This document shows positions 17,507 to 27,040 of a stretch of DNA of 64,000 nucleotides, one piece after another. The stretch's first letter is position 1. Every line of letters begins with the position of its first letter. A program made the translations under genes and the position numbers. The notes under the pieces were generated by a model. It ran no database searches and was not told where the DNA came from. It saw only the letters and a list, made by a program, of their open reading frames with translations. Source of the stretch: an uncultured bacterium (GTDB lineage Bacteria > Bacillota_I > Bacilli_A > RFN20 > CAG-826); contig CASGDR010000008.1 in the NCBI GenBank assembly GCA_949300345.1, positions 149,096 to 213,095 of the forward strand. The letters run 5' to 3'.

Positions 17507-20500
17507 CTACTTGGCCAAGTCCTGCGCTTGGCTTTTTATTTTGCGGTATTCCAGATAACCGCTTAAGCCGATGAAGCCAAGCAGCAAGGCGGTGCCGATG
17601 GAGGCGAGGGCCACCGAGAAATTCAGATAAGGCGTCACATATTCGAGGGCGTAGTAGGTTTCCCCCGATAGGGCATTGAAGCCAAGAAGGCCCCCGTCCA
17701 GCTTATAGGTTTCCACCCCATCGAGGACGTTGCCGTCCTTATCGTAGGCCTTGATTCCCCACCCGTCGTCATAGCCAAGTTGGGTAACCACCATCTTCTC
17801 GTTGGTGAATTCGGTTTTGAAGCTAAAGGTGTCGTTATTGACCCTGGTCACGTCCTGAAGGGCGTATTCGCTGGACCTATACTTCTCGATTTCCTCATCG
17901 ATGGCGGACTTTTCCTTCATGTAGAAGGAGAAATGGGAAGGACCGATGTTGGTGGTGGCATCGCCCCAGCCGGATTTGGCGCAGACGACGATGTGGCGGA
18001 TCTTGCCGTTGGCGTATAACCCGAACATCGGGGTGCCCTGGTCGTCGTTATTGATGAATGTGGAGATGGAGCGGTACTCATAGCTAAGAAGCGCATATTC
18101 GTGGAGCACCCCTTCCTCATCGGTGTAGTCGCCGATGAGATAGACGCGGTTGGCCCCATTGGAATAACGGCCATAGTACATCTCGATGTAAGCCCCGTCG
18201 GATTCATTGAAATAGGTTTGCCCGTTGTAAGGCGAGAAGACGAGCTTGCCATGGTCTTCTTCCATGCTGACGTAGTTACCGGCAGTGACCCTTTTGGGGT
18301 TAGTAGATACCGAGTGATCAAGATATTGGTCTTGGGTTTCCGGGTTTAGGAATCCGCCCGGATCTTCGGGATGGAAGCCCCCGAAATTCACTTCACCGGA
18401 AGAAGGATCGTCCTCAGAAGTAGTCACATAGTAATCGCAGACGGTCGCCAGGCTCTTATAACCGTATTGGGTATAGGAGGTAGGAATCGGGTCCTCTTCA
18501 TTGGGGTTGAGCACGCTCAATGATTCGGGTAGACGCTCAACATCATCGTCTTCCACGATGGCCGAATCCATGAGCAGGCCTTCGTTGCGTAGCAGAGTGC
18601 TCTGGCTGGGAGAGCCGCTATAGAAGGCCGACTTGTTGGCCGTCTGAGACTCCTCGTCATAGTGGTGCTGATACAGAGTGTCGACCCCAAAGCCAAGGTC
18701 AAGATAGGTGCCGGACTGATAGATGGCAAAGTCATCGTCGCGATAGACAAGGGTAGAATCAAAGGGCACGTTTTTGGGAGAGAGGGCCTCGTCGTTCCAG
18801 GTCGAATAGCCTTCGTTGGCAATGATGTAGTACTTATGCCCGGTCAAAGTGTCATAGCCGTATCTCTTGTTGTTATAAGAGGCCGACCAGACCTTGGATG
18901 AATAGGTATAGCCCCCATAGGTCGTAGTCTCGCTTCCGTCATTCCTGGCATTGCCCATCATCCTCACGAATTGGTCCAAGTCGAAGTTGAACAGGGAATG
19001 GAAATGGGAATCCATGTTCACGTTGTAGGTCAGCCCGTCGTTCTTGCAATTGTAGAAGTCGGTATAGATCCGGTAATAGGAGTCGTCGTAGTCGTTGATG
19101 TAGTCGGCCGCCCTTTGCATGGAGGTGCGGTTCCATGATCCGCCTTCGAAGTGATTCTGATAGCTCCAACTCGAGCCATAGAAGAAGTTCAGGTTGCCCG
19201 CTACCGCGGCCTCAAGCATCACAAATCCCAGCAAAACCTTGGGCAATGCTTCCTTATTGCGCAGGAAATAGATGACCAGACACTCGACGACCACCAGGAT
19301 GATCTGATAGATGACGATGTAAATGGTGGAACTGCCTCCGATGGGTACATAGGAGGAGAACCAATAGGTCAGGTTGTTGGGGCTTTCGAATTTCTTCCCA
19401 TCCAAAGAGACGGTGCAGATGACCAAGGTAAGAACCGTCATAACCACGGCGATCGCCGAGGCGGTAGGAAGCTGCCACTGGGGGTTTTCCTTTATCCGAT
19501 CGAATTCATGGCAAGCCACATAGATGATAAGCGGCACCAGGACGATGAACCATCTGCCATAGCCGTCTCCGGTGAAGAGATAGAAGAAGTAATAGGAGAA
19601 GGTGGTAAACACGGCAATGACGGAAAGGCCAAAGCCGCAGATGATGCCCCACTCCTTCTTCCTACAAGCCCCGAGTATCCCATATACGAAGAAGATGACC
19701 ATTGGGGTATAGCAGAACAATGAAGCGGTCCAGGCATCGTATCCGGTCCCGGTTCCGCTTGCGGGAACCGATAAGGGCAAATAGGTATAGCCGGTCGTCG
19801 GATAGAAGAAGGAAATAAGGGCCATCAGCTCCCGACCCGGGTTTTCCCCTACCATACCGAAGATGAGTCCGAAGGCCGTGCCCCAATCCCAGGTCTTCAA
19901 AGAATCCCAGATGGTCCTGATATAGGCCTGTCCGATGGACATGGTCCTACCCGAGAGGGAAGAAGCCCTGATCGAAGGCAAGAGGACATAGGAGCACATC
20001 AATATGCCTACGGCAAAGCCAAATACCCCAAGGCCGATGACCGAGATGTTGGATTTGCCACTCCGGCTCTTGAAGGTTGAGAAGTAGCGCCAGATGGCAT
20101 AGATGACACCGAAGACGCAATAGACCACCAGATAGAAGAAGTTGGTGGTTCCCGTCAGCCACAAAGACAGGGCCAAGACGGTCGGTTTATTTTCCTTGAT
20201 GACCTTCTCGATGCCCCAAAGCATCATGGGGATATAGACGACCGCGGAGATGACGGTGGGAAAGCCGCTCATGAAGGTGAAGAAGCCATTGAAGGCAAAG
20301 GCAGCCCCGCCTAGCCTCGCGGTCCATTCCTTGCAGCCCCGGTATTTGAGGAAGGCCCTCATCAGCATGGCCCCTACCGCCCCTTTGAAGAAGGCGGCGA
20401 TGGCCATCATCTGGGGTACCCAGGACCTAGGGGCAAGGATCACGAAGATATTGAAGGGATCGAAAAGCCCATAATAGGCATTCGAGCCGATGTTGTCGGC

Positions 20501-20830
20501 CCCTAGGAAGGTGTTGGCACTATACAAATCGAAATGCCCGGTGGTCAGAAAGCCCCACCAGACGTCATGGGTGTAATAGCCCATGGGCACGTATTGCCAG
20601 GTATAGTCCCAGCCCAGCAATCCGGTAAAGCTATTGGTTACCAAGGAATAGAAGGTCCAGAAGAACCCCAATAGCAGCATGAGCAGGAAGTAATAGAAAA
20701 GGGAATTGAGGTCAAAGAAATAGGGGCACTTCTCCTTGAAAAGGGGGAGAAGGTTCTTCCATTTCGAAGAGACGTCTTCCTCTTTCCTTAGCTCGGAAAG
20801 GGAAGAAGCGGACTTGGATTCTTCACTCAT
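17507..20830 (-). CDS. Very large YfhO-family-like polytopic membrane protein (putative glycosyltransferase, 1107 aa) with a ~500-aa extracytoplasmic domain and a C-terminal TM anchor
   Basis: The N-half is multi-TM with DYTWQYVPMGYY...FLGADNIGSNAYYGLFDPFNIF, resembling the YfhO signature. This is a motif-level call only. Confidence 0.55.
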   Translation of the reverse strand: MSEESKSASSLSELRKEEDVSSKWKNLLPLFKEKCPYFFDLNSLFYYFLLMLLLGFFWTFYSLVTNSFTGLLGWDYTWQYVPMGYYTHDVWWGFLTTGHFDLYSANTFLGADNIGSNAYYGLFDPFNIFVILAPRSWVPQMMAIAAFFKGAVGAMLMRAFLKYRGCKEWTARLGGAAFAFNGFFTFMSGFPTVISAVVYIPMMLWGIEKVIKENKPTVLALSLWLTGTTNFFYLVVYCVFGVIYAIWRYFSTFKSRSGKSNISVIGLGVFGFAVGILMCSYVLLPSIRASSLSGRTMSIGQAYIRTIWDSLKTWDWGTAFGLIFGMVGENPGRELMALISFFYPTTGYTYLPLSVPASGTGTGYDAWTASLFCYTPMVIFFVYGILGACRKKEWGIICGFGLSVIAVFTTFSYYFFYLFTGDGYGRWFIVLVPLIIYVACHEFDRIKENPQWQLPTASAIAVVMTVLTLVICTVSLDGKKFESPNNLTYWFSSYVPIGGSSTIYIVIYQIILVVVECLVIYFLRNKEALPKVLLGFVMLEAAVAGNLNFFYGSSWSYQNHFEGGSWNRTSMQRAADYINDYDDSYYRIYTDFYNCKNDGLTYNVNMDSHFHSLFNFDLDQFVRMMGNARNDGSETTTYGGYTYSSKVWSASYNNKRYGYDTLTGHKYYIIANEGYSTWNDEALSPKNVPFDSTLVYRDDDFAIYQSGTYLDLGFGVDTLYQHHYDEESQTANKSAFYSGSPSQSTLLRNEGLLMDSAIVEDDDVERLPESLSVLNPNEEDPIPTSYTQYGYKSLATVCDYYVTTSEDDPSSGEVNFGGFHPEDPGGFLNPETQDQYLDHSVSTNPKRVTAGNYVSMEEDHGKLVFSPYNGQTYFNESDGAYIEMYYGRYSNGANRVYLIGDYTDEEGVLHEYALLSYEYRSISTFINNDDQGTPMFGLYANGKIRHIVVCAKSGWGDATTNIGPSHFSFYMKEKSAIDEEIEKYRSSEYALQDVTRVNNDTFSFKTEFTNEKMVVTQLGYDDGWGIKAYDKDGNVLDGVETYKLDGGLLGFNALSGETYYALEYVTPYLNFSVALASIGTALLLGFIGLSGYLEYRKIKSQAQDLAK

Positions 20831-21663
20831 AATGATTCAGCTGGTTCTTCTTCGCTTTCCTCTTCGGGGGAATCGTTCTGGGCGGCTAATCCGATGACGG
20901 ATTCAACCGGCAGTGAGAAGCAGATGCCCTGCCCCTTGGTCTGAAGGCCGCATTCCTTGCCGATGGCGGCTAGAACCTGGTCGCGGATATCTTTCTTGAC
21001 CACGATGAGGACCATTTCCTTTTCTGGGGTAACCACAATGCCGAAGAACTTCTGGGCATCGGGATTGCCGGTACCTCTGGCATGGACGATGGTGCCGCCT
21101 CTGGCACCGGCGTCCCTGGCCGCGGCCATGACCAGATCGGAGAAGCCGTCGTTGACGATGGCGTATATGGCCTCGTATTCGTTTTCGTTCATAGGGATAA
21201 CCTCCTTTTGGGCCTCGCTATTGAGGGTCCTCTTGTCAGTCAGGATCTTGTAGGCGGAAACGCCGTACAAAGAGGAAACGGGGATGGTGAGGGCGATGCC
21301 GGCGGAATAGGGGCTGGTCGCGAATTTGTTGGCGATCGGGTCTTTGATGGCCTGGAATGTGTCGCGCTTGATGAGGGAGGCGATGATGCGCTTGGCATTG
21401 TTGGTGGTGGCCAAGACATCGGAAAGGATCTCGTGGGCCGTCCCTTCGGCCCTCATGCGGAAAAAGATGTTGGCGTGATGTTGGAATAGAAGCTTCTGGA
21501 TATATTCTTCCTGTCCCTGAGGAACAATGGATAAAAACAGCACCAAGGGGGTTATCTCATTGCGCTTATCGTAAGGGACAAAGGGCTTCTTTTCGGCCTT
21601 TTCCTTGTTTTCGGGGCTGCTTTTGCGGAGGAATATCGCAAATCCTTTATGCTGCTTTTCCAT
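20827..21663 (-). CDS. Tandem P-II-like signal-transduction protein (two P-II-like halves)
   Basis: C-half: AIVNDGFSDLVMAAARDAGARGGTIVHARGTG...FGIVVTPEKEMVLIVVKKDIRDQVLAAI. The N-half has the same beta-alpha-beta pattern (LVLFLSIVPQGQEEYIQKLL...). Confidence 0.6.
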   Translation of the reverse strand: MEKQHKGFAIFLRKSSPENKEKAEKKPFVPYDKRNEITPLVLFLSIVPQGQEEYIQKLLFQHHANIFFRMRAEGTAHEILSDVLATTNNAKRIIASLIKRDTFQAIKDPIANKFATSPYSAGIALTIPVSSLYGVSAYKILTDKRTLNSEAQKEVIPMNENEYEAIYAIVNDGFSDLVMAAARDAGARGGTIVHARGTGNPDAQKFFGIVVTPEKEMVLIVVKKDIRDQVLAAIGKECGLQTKGQGICFSLPVESVIGLAAQNDSPEEESEEEPAESL

Positions 21664-23214
21664 TTATAAGGCCTCCGAAAAGTGAATGATCTGGTCGTCG
21701 TCGGGTTCCACGATGGTCTTCTGGACGCGGCGTAGCAAGAGCTTGCTCTTGGCATTGCCATAGGCACCCAATAGCTGGACCCCAAGAAGCGGCATCATGG
21801 CGATGAAGCCGACCACGCCGAAGCCGTATAGGTTGATGTCTAGCCCAAAGCCATAGGCAAAGCCAATGACAAAGGGCAATAGGAAGGCGCTAGCCATCGG
21901 ACCCGAGGCCACGGCGCCCGAGTCAAAGGCGATATAGGTATAGATGTTGGGAGAGAAGAGCATCACCACGAAGATGAGGATGTAGCCAACGACGACGAAG
22001 TAGGTGATTTCAATCACATAGTAGGCCCGTAAGATGGCCATGATGAGGGCAGCCATGTTGCCGATGGCTAGCACGACCATGACAGTCCACTTCTTGATGG
22101 CCCCGTCGGAGATTTCCTCGATCTGCTTGACCAAAACATGGACGGCCGGTTCAGCCAAAACGGCGAATAGGCCGAATAGTCCGGCAACCGTGACCGCGAT
22201 CCAAAGGTCCCTGCTGACCAAGGATAAGCCAACGATCGAAGCGGTCGGGAAGAAGCCGCCGTTGACGGCAGTAAGGAAGAGCCATAGGCCCACGAAGCCA
22301 TAGACCAAGCCGACCAAGATCTTCAGAAGGCTCTTCCAAGGCAGTTTCAGGAAGAAGAAGTTATAGATCAAGAAGACCACGATGAGTGGTCCGAAAGCCA
22401 AGGCCACGTCATAGAGGCATTCGATGAATTCATTGCCTAGATGCCCAAAGGTGAAGTCGGCCTGGGCCATCTCATAGGGCGAAAGGGCGTCTTCGGGCAT
22501 GAATAGGGCCAAGACCATGACCGCCAGGATCGGTCCGACCGAGCATAGGGCCGAGAAACCGAAGGAATCTTCACCCGAGGCCTTGCCGTTGGTGGACATG
22601 GCCACGCCGGCGCCGAAGGCCAGGATGAAAGGCACGGTGACAGGTCCGGAGGAAACGCCGCCGGAGTCAAAGCAAAGAGGCAAGAATGAGGGATTGACGA
22701 CGCCGACTAGGGCAAAGACCAAAGCGTAGAACGCCAAGAACATGATCTTCAGGCTCTGTTTCTTCAAAACCCGGATGACCCCGATTACCAGAAAGAGGGC
22801 AGTACCTGCGGATACCGAACCGATGACCAGGTAATTGGACAGGCCGACGGAATTGGCCAAGACGGTCAGGTCGGGTTCAGCCATGGTGACCAAAAAGCCC
22901 AGGATGAAGGTCATGATGACAAGAAGGAACATGTTCTTCTTCCTCGCCAAGGTTTCGCCGACCAAGGCGCCCATCCTAGTCATGGATTTATCGACGCCGA
23001 GCTGGAACAAACCCAAGCCGATGATGGCAATCAGCGAGCAAAGAAGGAAAAAGAGATAGGCATTGAGGTCAAAGACCCCGATCGAGGTATCGGTAATGAG
23101 TCCCACGAAATAGAGGATGCTGACGGAAATGGTGATGGGGATGACGGAAAGAAAACTCTCCCAGATTTTGCTTACCAGAGCGTTGTTTTTGAGTTTCTGG
23201 AAAAATAATGTCAC
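21664..23214 (-). CDS. DUF1538-type polytopic membrane protein (duplicated unit, 516 aa)
   Basis: It is strongly hydrophobic throughout and contains two similar GxxSGPxxxPF blocks (GGVSSGPVTVPFILAFG and GAVASGPMASAFLLPFV). It is immediately followed by the P-II gene. Confidence 0.6.
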   Translation of the reverse strand: MTLFFQKLKNNALVSKIWESFLSVIPITISVSILYFVGLITDTSIGVFDLNAYLFFLLCSLIAIIGLGLFQLGVDKSMTRMGALVGETLARKKNMFLLVIMTFILGFLVTMAEPDLTVLANSVGLSNYLVIGSVSAGTALFLVIGVIRVLKKQSLKIMFLAFYALVFALVGVVNPSFLPLCFDSGGVSSGPVTVPFILAFGAGVAMSTNGKASGEDSFGFSALCSVGPILAVMVLALFMPEDALSPYEMAQADFTFGHLGNEFIECLYDVALAFGPLIVVFLIYNFFFLKLPWKSLLKILVGLVYGFVGLWLFLTAVNGGFFPTASIVGLSLVSRDLWIAVTVAGLFGLFAVLAEPAVHVLVKQIEEISDGAIKKWTVMVVLAIGNMAALIMAILRAYYVIEITYFVVVGYILIFVVMLFSPNIYTYIAFDSGAVASGPMASAFLLPFVIGFAYGFGLDINLYGFGVVGFIAMMPLLGVQLLGAYGNAKSKLLLRRVQKTIVEPDDDQIIHFSEAL

Positions 23215-24143
23215 CGCTGTTTCCCTTTTTTCGCGAACATATTTTGAAATGCCTTAGGCATTTGTGACAAGATTCTTATAGTTTTTTTGCCATCGGGTTC
23301 GACGAACTCCAAGCAATAGGCGTGAAGGCCTAACCTACCTAGGGGGTCGGAGGGTTCCCCGTACTTATCGTCCCCAATCACGTGGTGGCCGATATAGCCA
23401 AGCTGGACTCTAATCTGGTTTTTGCGCCCGGAATCTATATTCACATCGAGCAATGAATAGCCGTTGGATGAGGCGATTTTCTTCCATTTGGTAATGGCAA
23501 GCTTGCCCTTGGTTTTATCATGCCCGACATACATTAGGTTGTTCTTGTCTTCCATCAGGTAGTTTCGAAGTTCCCCGCTTGGAGCAATGTCCTCCCCTTC
23601 CACGATCGCGTAGTAGCCTCTTTTCCTAACGATGTCCTGCCAGTGGTGCTGGAGTTTTTCCTTATATTCGTAGTCCTTGCTGAAGAGCAAAACTCCGGAG
23701 GTATCTTCATCGAGGCGATGGACAACATATAACCTGGCCTTTGGGTCCTTGGCGGACACATAGGCCGAAGCCAGACGGAAGGCCGTCTTGCCCTTTTCCT
23801 TGTCCGAGGCCACGGAGAGAAGTTTGGTCGGCTTATCGATGGCAATGAGCTTCTCGTTTTCGAAGAGGACTTTGACCTTGGGGGTGCTTTTGGGAGCGAT
23901 CGCCGTCTTGGAAACGATGACCTCATCTTCCTTCCTTAGAGGATAGTCGAACTTGGTGACCGGGACGCCGTTTACGGCAACCCTATGGTTGGAAAGCAGA
24001 TGTTTGATGGCGTTTCTGCTGAGGTTTTTGGAATATTTGAATAACAAAAAGTCCAACAAGGTCGTCTCGACATAGACCTTGAACTCCGTTAGGTCCTTCC
24101 TTTTTGTAGCAGGTTTATGATCCTTGCTTTTATTTACCGGCAT
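23211..24143 (-). CDS. RluA-family pseudouridine synthase with an N-terminal S4 domain
   Basis: It has HRLDEDTSGVLLFSKD and RKNQIRVQL motifs. Confidence 0.88.
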   Translation of the reverse strand: MPVNKSKDHKPATKRKDLTEFKVYVETTLLDFLLFKYSKNLSRNAIKHLLSNHRVAVNGVPVTKFDYPLRKEDEVIVSKTAIAPKSTPKVKVLFENEKLIAIDKPTKLLSVASDKEKGKTAFRLASAYVSAKDPKARLYVVHRLDEDTSGVLLFSKDYEYKEKLQHHWQDIVRKRGYYAIVEGEDIAPSGELRNYLMEDKNNLMYVGHDKTKGKLAITKWKKIASSNGYSLLDVNIDSGRKNQIRVQLGYIGHHVIGDDKYGEPSDPLGRLGLHAYCLEFVEPDGKKTIRILSQMPKAFQNMFAKKGKQR

Positions 24144-24994
24144 AAGTAATCCAATAGGGCCTCTTTATTTTCTTCATAGGCCTTCTTGCCCATGGCTATG
24201 GCTTCCTCTAGTTTCTCCCTTTCGGTCTCGGCCACCCCGATTTCTACGGGTTTAGGTGGATATAGGACAAAGACCCTCCCCTCCTCTTCGAGCTTGAGCA
24301 TCTCTTCCACCTGGGAGTTATAGGTTTCGATGGAGTGTAGGAAGGCGTGCGACCAAGCCGGGTATTTCCCATAGCGGGCCTTGGCCACCATCTTGGGGAC
24401 GCGGCCGGGCTGGGTTTGCTTCCTAAAGCCTTTGGGACGGCTGGAAACGATGACGATCTTCTCCTTTCCTTCCTCCAAGGGCTTGGAAAAGGGAATGGAA
24501 TCCACGGTGCCCCCGTCTAGATAGGGCCTATCATCGATCATCACCGGGCGGCTAAACAAAGGCAAGGCGCACGAGGCTTCGATGCCGCGCAGTATCTGGG
24601 GATCGCTCTTGGAAAAATACTTGGGTTGCCCATTTAGGCAATCGGTCGCGACCGCATAGTATTCGGCCGGATGCTTGAAGAAGTCCTCCAGGCTGATTTC
24701 CTTGTGGTTCTTGCTAAGGTCATCATAGAAAAAGGAGAAATTGAACAAGCCGCCCTTACGGATGACATTGCTTAGACCTACGAATTGGTGGTTGCCCATG
24801 TAGTCGAGGAAGGCCTCCTCGATCTTCTTGGGTGCATTGATGAGATACATCATGCCGATCAGGGCCCCGGCCGAGGTCCCGATCACATATTCGGCCTGGA
24901 GTCCATCCGCCAGAAAGCCTTCGATGGCCCCAAGACAAAAAGAGGCCCTGGTGCCGCCGCCTTGGATAATCAAAGAAAAAGGTCTGGTCTCCAT
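24134..24994 (-). CDS. Patatin-like phospholipase
   Basis: It has the GGGTRASF oxyanion motif, GTSAGA (GxSxG) and DGG. Confidence 0.85.
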   Translation of the reverse strand: METRPFSLIIQGGGTRASFCLGAIEGFLADGLQAEYVIGTSAGALIGMMYLINAPKKIEEAFLDYMGNHQFVGLSNVIRKGGLFNFSFFYDDLSKNHKEISLEDFFKHPAEYYAVATDCLNGQPKYFSKSDPQILRGIEASCALPLFSRPVMIDDRPYLDGGTVDSIPFSKPLEEGKEKIVIVSSRPKGFRKQTQPGRVPKMVAKARYGKYPAWSHAFLHSIETYNSQVEEMLKLEEEGRVFVLYPPKPVEIGVAETEREKLEEAIAMGKKAYEENKEALLDYLCR

Positions 24995-25004
24995 TAAGGA
25001 GATT

Positions 25005-25604
25005 TTAGGCCAAAACCCCTATTCCTTCCAAAAGAATATAGGTGCCAAGGCCGATGAGGATCAGGCCCCCGAGGACTTCGGCCAGATGGAACTTCCCTTT
25101 TAGTAGTTTCAAGATGCCCTGTCCCCCGTAGAAACCTACCAAGGAAACGAAGAAAGTGATGAGAGCAATGATGATAAAACAGACATAGATCTGCCAGTTT
25201 GCGGTAGCGCTTATGGTCGAGCCGATGGTAACCCCGACGGCTAGGGCATCGATGGAATCGGCCACCCCCTGCAGCAAGATGGATTTATAGGTAAAGGTCC
25301 TAGCTCCGACTGATAAGGGGTCGATGGTCCCTTTGATGCCCTCAAAACACATCTTGCCGCCGATGAATAACAAAAGGGCGAAGGAAATGTAATGGTCATA
25401 AAGGTCGATCCATTGGCTGAAGGCAGTACCAAGAAGATAGCCACCTAGAGGAAATAGGCCTTGGAATAAACCGAATACGGCGGCAATGAAAATGACTTTC
25501 TTCCAATTTAGACCCTTATAGGCCAGTCCGTCGCCTAGGGCCAGGACAAAGCAGTCCATGGAGAGGGCGAAGGCGAGAACGAAACTTAGGCCGAGCCATT
25601 CCAT
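25005..25604 (-). CDS. mntP: Manganese efflux pump MntP family
   Basis: It is a 6-TM protein with LSMDCFVLALGDG and ADSIDALAVGV half-repeat motifs. Confidence 0.85.
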   Translation of the reverse strand: MEWLGLSFVLAFALSMDCFVLALGDGLAYKGLNWKKVIFIAAVFGLFQGLFPLGGYLLGTAFSQWIDLYDHYISFALLLFIGGKMCFEGIKGTIDPLSVGARTFTYKSILLQGVADSIDALAVGVTIGSTISATANWQIYVCFIIIALITFFVSLVGFYGGQGILKLLKGKFHLAEVLGGLILIGLGTYILLEGIGVLA

Positions 25605-25650
25605 GGGGCATACTCTATACTCAAGGTGAGACTAACCGATAGTAAATTCC

Positions 25651-25706
25651 AAATGAAAAGGCCCAAGTTCGACATCCGTTACCTAGTACCGATAGTTTTG
25701 GGCCTT
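25651..25706 (-). terminator. Intrinsic-terminator-like hairpin after the aguB/flavin-reductase-like string
   Basis: On the minus strand, AAGGCCCAA pairs with TTGGGCCTT across a 31-nt loop, followed by TTCATTT. The 9-bp stem is good but the loop is long. Confidence 0.5.
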
Positions 25707-25740
25707 ATTACGGTGGCGTTGCTTATCTATATAATCGTGG

Positions 25741-26181
25741 TCAATCTTTGAGGACTTCATCAAGATGAAGGAAGCTCTTTTCCTTGTCTTCGATATACGA
25801 GTCGATCCTTAGGGTAACCAGGCGGTCCCCTTCTTCTAATTCCTCGATCTTGAGCACTTCGCAGACCATGCGGTTTTTGGCCCCGTCGATGGTAATGACC
25901 CCGTGGTCGTTGGTGTAAGGGACCCCTTTGAACTTATTGTCCTCATCCGAATGGGTGGAGCCTAAACGCAGGCAGGCATCCATCTGGTCGGAGGCTAGGG
26001 CCGATACCCCTACATAATCACCGACGAAGAGGTTCTTTCCGGTGACCGATTGGCTGCCAAGCAACATCACGATCTTGTCGAAATCAACCATCGTGGTCCA
26101 AGCACAGACCATCGCGTATTTGACCCCGATCTTTTCATAGGAGATGACGTTGCATCCCATCAGCACGGCATGGAAAGACAT
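25741..26181 (-). CDS. Flavin-reductase-like (FMN-binding split-barrel) small protein
   Basis: The pattern AMVCAWTTMV...GDYVGVSALASDQ...DKFKGV resembles the flavin reductase domain. The call is weak. Confidence 0.5.
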   Translation of the reverse strand: MSFHAVLMGCNVISYEKIGVKYAMVCAWTTMVDFDKIVMLLGSQSVTGKNLFVGDYVGVSALASDQMDACLRLGSTHSDEDNKFKGVPYTNDHGVITIDGAKNRMVCEVLKIEELEEGDRLVTLRIDSYIEDKEKSFLHLDEVLKD

Positions 26182-26182
26182 A

Positions 26183-27040
26183 TCATTCCTCCTTGTAGTC
26201 GCTTATCGCAGTATATAGTTCGGGCCTTCTATCGCGGAAGACGCCCCAGGTGGTCCTTTCTTTTTCGATGGCGGATAAATCAAGGTCGATGACCCTATAT
26301 CCTTCTTCCTTATCATCCATTAGGATGAGGATTTCCCCATGCTGGTCGCCGATGAAGGAATTGCCGAAGAAGGTGACAGAAGTGTTGCCTTGCTTTTCCT
26401 CTCCTATGCGGTTGGACGCCAAGACCGGAGTGAGGTTGGCAGCCGCATGGCCGAGCATCACGTTCCTCCAGTGGGCCCTGGAATCCTTGCCGGTGACCGG
26501 TTCGGATCCAATGGCGGTCGGGAAGCAGAATACTTCCGCGCCCTTAAGGGCAAGCACCCTGGCGGTTTCGGGGAACCACTGGTCCCAGCATATGGCGGCG
26601 CCGACATTAACTCCATGGGCTTTCGACACCTTGAAGCCGGTGTTGCCGGGAGCAAAGTAGAACTTCTCCTCATAGCCGGCCCCGGTCGGGATGTGGGACT
26701 TCCGATAATGGGTGAGTTCCTTGCCGTCAATGTCATAGACCACCAGGGAATTGAAGTATTGGTTATTGGCTTTTTCAAAGAAGGAAATGGGCAAAATAAC
26801 CTGCAATTCCCCGGCCAATTTGGCGAAATGGGCCAAAATAAGCGACTCTTCTTTGCTTCTAGCCAGCTGGAAGCAGGCGTAGTCTTCTTCCTTGCAGAAA
26901 TAGGGTAGATAGAAGAGCTCGGGCAAGAGGATGAGCTTGGCGCCTTCTTTGGCGGCGCCTCTAATCAATGACTCGGCCTTTTGGATATTCTCCTCCATCT
27001 TGGAGGACATCTTCATTTGGGTAATCGCGACTTTCATCAT
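26183..27040 (-). CDS. aguB: N-carbamoylputrescine amidase (carbon-nitrogen hydrolase)
   Basis: It has LPELF, HYRKSHIP and AICWDQWFPETAR (catalytic Cys). Confidence 0.88.
   Translation of the reverse strand: MMKVAITQMKMSSKMEENIQKAESLIRGAAKEGAKLILLPELFYLPYFCKEEDYACFQLARSKEESLILAHFAKLAGELQVILPISFFEKANNQYFNSLVVYDIDGKELTHYRKSHIPTGAGYEEKFYFAPGNTGFKVSKAHGVNVGAAICWDQWFPETARVLALKGAEVFCFPTAIGSEPVTGKDSRAHWRNVMLGHAAANLTPVLASNRIGEEKQGNTSVTFFGNSFIGDQHGEILILMDDKEEGYRVIDLDLSAIEKERTTWGVFRDRRPELYTAISDYKEE

Noticed and set aside
25605-25740. yybP-ykoY manganese riboswitch upstream of mntP
   Set aside because: The conserved GGGGAGUAG, UUGACAUA and GCAAGACC blocks are absent on the sense strand. The main hairpin there is better explained as the terminator of the upstream gene.
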